A stretch of 64,000 nt of DNA from Antechinus flavipes. Its lineage: Eukaryota. Where the stretch lies: NCBI RefSeq assembly GCF_016432865.1, contig NC_067403.1, positions 38,812,001 through 38,876,000 of the forward strand, read 5' to 3'. Positions 60,200-64,000 of the stretch are shown here, piece after piece; positions within the stretch are counted from its first letter, which is position 1; each line of letters opens with the position of its first letter. Under the pieces are notes generated by a model. The model searched no databases. It was not told where the DNA came from and was given only the letters and a program-made list of their open reading frames with translations. The position numbers and the translations under genes were made by a program.

Positions 60200-62110
60200 G
60201 TTCCATTCAATTATACAATCTATCTGAGGAGATAAAATACACAGTAAAGTCAGTACAAAATTATTAACCATAAAACTGCATTGTCTTTCTTGAAGTAAAA
60301 TAGTGTTTCAGATAATAGAAGGGCGGTGTGTGAGCTCTAGGGGCCACAGAAAACTTCCTGGAGGTGATGATCCTGAAACTGCCCTGGAGGGGCTGACGGG
60401 TTTTATATTGGAAGAAAGTAAGAAGGGAATTCTTGGGGATGGAATAATATGAGCAAGGGCAGACATGTGAGAATGGATGAGGCTCAGGAAATGCAGAAGA
60501 CCCAGAATAGATAGGCCTGATTTAAATGAAGAATGAATATTGGGCTCTACTGGAAATTGGGTGGGTTAATAGGACAGATGAGGACCAGTTTTTAGAGGAA
60601 GCTCTTGCTAAGTAGTCTCAATACTTCAGTGTGAGGGGAGATCCTCGAAGAGGTCCTCAAATTACAGCCCATGGGCCAGATGTGGCAGCTGAGAGCAATT
60701 ATCTCCCTGACCCAGGGCTATGAAGTTTCTTTATTTAAAAGCCCACAAAACAAAGTTTTTGTTTTTACTATAGTCCAGCCTTCCAACAGTCTGAGGGACA
60801 GTGAACTGGCCTCCTATTTAAAAAGTTTGAGGACCCTTGCGTGAATGGATTAGGGATGGGGGGGATCTCATAGGAGGCTTGAAGAAGGAAGAAAAGATCT
60901 GCAATGATAGCCTTGGTGATTGAGTGAGGGGATTGATTAAGGAGATGTATAAAGATCACCTTGTTACAGTGACAACTCAGCTGAGATTATATAATACATT
61001 TTTTAGTGGCTCCAATCTCCACAGTTTCGGGACTCTCTCCAGCTTGATTCAGTAGCAAATGAATAGGAGCGAAAGATGGTGCAAATAATCCAAAGATTGG
61101 GGTTTGACAAGAGACAATCAGCTCTAGGACAGGAGTCAAGAGATGCAGGTGTAAAGAATAGTGTGGAGGTAAAATTATTCAAGGGATTGAACTAGAGAAG
61201 GGAGAAGAGTGGACCCAGTGTGGGGGTGACAGCTTGGGAAAGAACTGAAGGGTGAATGGATTGGAGATCACAATTAGAATGGAGAATAGGATTAAAGGTC
61301 ATGGAACAGAGGGAAAGATGGAAGCCTAAAAGGTTACTATCAGATAAAAGAAATTTCAGAATCTAAGAAAATAAAAATAGAACACTTGTAGGTCATGGCA
61401 AGATCAAGGGTAGGGTCATTTCTGCTTGTAGCTGTGAGAGAATGGAGGACTGGGTTGTGAAAACTTGCTAGGTTGAGGAAGTAGAAAATTTGAGGGAGTA
61501 TCAAGCAATATATATATTGAAGTCTTCTAATATGAAGGCTGGAGAGGAGAGAAAGTAATCCAGGCACTAAACTCACTGAGGAAAGGAGGGGGATGTAGAT
61601 AACAGCCACCAGGATCTGCTTTGGGTGATAGCTTTGGAGAGCATACACTTCAAAGGAAGAACAATTGCTGAGCGATGGTAGTAGAGATATGGATGGTAGT
61701 ATGGAAGTAGTCATGGGAACCAAAGAGTATCATGATATCCTCAGTGAGTTATAGGGAATGAGCAAAAGTATAACCAGTTTTGCAAAGAGTAGGATTCACT
61801 GAATGCCAGAAGATGCGAGGAGTGAGAAAGGAAAAGGTTTAAGAGGGTTTAAAATGAAGCAAATTAGTTTGTCAATCATGGAGCAGCTATTCCAATGAGC
61901 ACTATGGAAGGAGAGGATAGATCTGGAGTGAGATATTTGAGGGGGCTGAGGCCGAGGGAATTGGCAGTGAGAGATAGGGAATGGATTTATGCCCCAGCAG
62001 TCTGGGAGTTCAGAATCCCTAGGATGGGGAGAATATGAGGGAATGGGAACATGCTACCCATTGAGGATTGAATCCAAGCAAACAATCAGTGATCAGAGAG
62101 AAGTCTACAG
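60200..62110 (-). mobile_element. Long decayed L2 segments including an endonuclease-domain remnant
   Basis: ORF 61340-61723 has SFEVYALQSYHPKQILVAVIY...PTLDLAMT, resembling L2/CR1-clade APE (SFE.H...VAVIYRPP...HTLDL). Confidence 0.65.
60648..60839. mobile_element. OC1 (OposCharlie1)-type hAT MITE, ~192 bp
   Basis: TIRs (aag)aggtcctcaaatt / agtttgaggacccttg; interior ggacagtgaactggc...tttaaaaagtttgagg matches the OC1 MITE consensus as recalled. 8-bp TSD not recognisable. Confidence 0.75.
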
Positions 62111-62129
62111 AAGGAAGTGAGGGATTAGC

Positions 62130-62331
62130 CAATGGTTCTCAAAGCATGGTCTAGAGAATCCTGGGGGTCTCTGAAACCCTTTTATAGGATCTACAAATTC
62201 AAAAATAGTTTTTATTTCCAATAGGGTAAATGTCTATAAATATAACCCAGATAAACAAAAACGCTTTGGAGAGATCCTCAATAATTTTTAATAGGATAAA
62301 GATACTGAAAACAAAAGTTTGAGAACTACTG
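62130..62331. mobile_element. hAT-Charlie (MER5-like) MITE
   Basis: TIRs caatggttctcaaa / tttgagaactactg; flanks ggattagc / ggattaga give a 7/8 TSD match with a 1-nt boundary ambiguity. Confidence 0.7.
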
Positions 62332-62536
62332 GATTAGACTATTTAAGACCCTCTCTTAAGATCCAGCCTTGTAGTAGGCTGCCATTTTATGTGTTTCTGA
62401 GGTCCATGAGATCTGCCTCTCAGTAGATTTACAATCCAAACTAATAATAGTTGTTAAGGAAGTTAGTAAAGCCTTAAAGCTGGGAGAAGACCAGTAGGAA
62501 GACTTTTAGTTCCCAAGCCAATACCTTGAATTGGCC

Positions 62537-62676
62537 ATTCTCAGGATTTGGAAGTGGAGGCATCCCACGGATGTTAATTGTAATATCTTAAATGAGTGTA
62601 AGTATTCTCAGGATTTGGAAAAGGAGGCATCCCATGGATGTTAATTGTAATATCTTAAATGAGTCTAAGTATTCTC
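62537..62676. repeat. 67-bp tandem duplication (2.1 copies)
   Basis: attctcaggatttgga...gcatccca(c/t)ggatgttaattgtaatatcttaaatgagt(g/c)taagt starting at 62537, 62604 and 62671. Confidence 0.92.
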
Positions 62677-64000
62677 CAACATCTTCACCTACTATCTCTT
62701 TTTTTGATCCTCACAATCAGGACTTGAAAAAGGTTTTAGTGCTTCAATTTTATAGAGGAACAAACAGCTCAGGAAATAAAATGACTTGCCAAAAGTCAAC
62801 TAAGGCTAGTAAATGTCAAAGCCAGAATGTGAAATCTCCTGATTTCTAGTTCAGTCCTCTGCTCAGTTTCAGCTACAGTCCAGGCTGCCTTTATCTTGAA
62901 AATTCGAGTCCTTGCCAAAGGACTTTTGACGGCTTCCTTTCCTCTCCAGCAGCCTGGGTCTTCTCTGCAATAAGTCAGTGCAGAGCTGAAGAAAATTGCT
63001 TTGACTCCTGCCCCTTTCCAGCAAGGTAAAGAAACTCATTCACTCTCATTAAGTGCTCTATCTGCTCGGAAAATTCAAACAGCCAGTCATTCCCCTTTGC
63101 TGCAAGGGGGCTTGATCACACACTTATACTTACATATACATTTATGGAACGGAAATCTACATATATATTAATATGTATATTAAAATATATAAATTTATAT
63201 AAACACATATATGAAATATAATGAATATACATGATATTATATATAGGTATGTGTGTGTGTATGCGTGTGTATCTTTATCACTTCACTATCATAAATACTT
63301 TTACAGAAGGGAAGTAGGACAAGCAAAGCTGTTTTTACAACCAGTATAAACCTCCCTTTGGCCATTGTCCAAAAGGTCTTATTTTTACTCCTATATTTGG
63401 ATCTGATTCAAAATTCTAAACTTCCCTGAAGAAGAAAAAAAAGAACAACTAGCATTTATGTCATACTTTAAGGGTTCAAAAACACTTTACAAATATTATC
63501 TCCAGAATCCTGACAATAATCTGGGAGGTAGATGCTATTATATTCCCACTTTACAGATGAAATAACTGTAGCAAAAGAGGTTAAGAGATTTGCTCTGGAT
63601 TATATAGTTAATAAATGAGGCAGAATTAAAATGTAGGTCTTCACTCAATATACAGCATTAGATCCCCTATATTTCCTGGTTATCTGAAGAAGTATTCGTG
63701 CTCTAATTACAAAGTTGCTGACATTGCCCCAGAGCAAGAGTTAAGATCTTCATTTTATTTTTTGTTTTTTCCCAGAAAATGTTCTAAAAGTTGTAGAGAA
63801 TGGGACCACATCCTAGACACGAGATCCTTGGTCAATTTCACCCTGGAGGACTAGGAACTTGATTACTTATTTCTGATGACGTTTTGTTTTCTATGATAAA
63901 GCACTCGATGTATCCATGTCCCATTAAACTTAGAGTCAGAAGACCTTCTTTTCAAGTTTTAGCTCTGAAATCCCACCCAAATCACTTTGCTTCTCCAAAT

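Noticed and set aside
7621-64000. KIT exons or another protein-coding gene downstream of PDGFRA
   Set aside because: No CpG island, receptor-kinase exons or spliceable coding ORFs found; KIT is expected farther away.

Overview
Marsupial genomic DNA, most likely from a dasyurid (inferred from WSINE1-type SINEs, an OC1-type hAT MITE and marsupial L1 3' ends). The first ~7.6 kb hold the last four exons (20-23) of PDGFRA on the + strand, with intact GT/AG junctions, the stop codon at 4755-4757, a ~2.9 kb 3'UTR and AATAAA at 7597. The rest is the gene-free interval downstream of PDGFRA (towards KIT in known mammalian synteny; KIT is not in the window). It is dense with L1, L2, RTE, MIR/Mar1/WSINE1 and hAT MITE copies and has three N gaps. 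A 5'-truncated, env-less betaretrovirus-like ERV lies at 15017-18812 on the minus strand. Best leads: (1) in place of env, the ERV has a 57-bp (19-aa) tandem array, open on both strands, whose ATG directly follows the integrase stop, plus four hairpin repeats before the PPT that pair best on the viral-sense strand; (2) L1 and L2 copies are strongly minus-oriented across the intergenic region; (3) a 168-bp, 93%-identical inverted duplication is flanked by complementary halves of an L1; (4) an L1 and a SINE inserted at the same TTTT|AA bond in opposite orientations; (5) a perfect double AP-1 palindrome, a strong CTCF motif and a duplicated 60-bp module. Repeat family names come from recall of consensus sequences, not a database search, and most repeat boundaries are approximate. 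No novel system is demonstrated; these are candidates to test.
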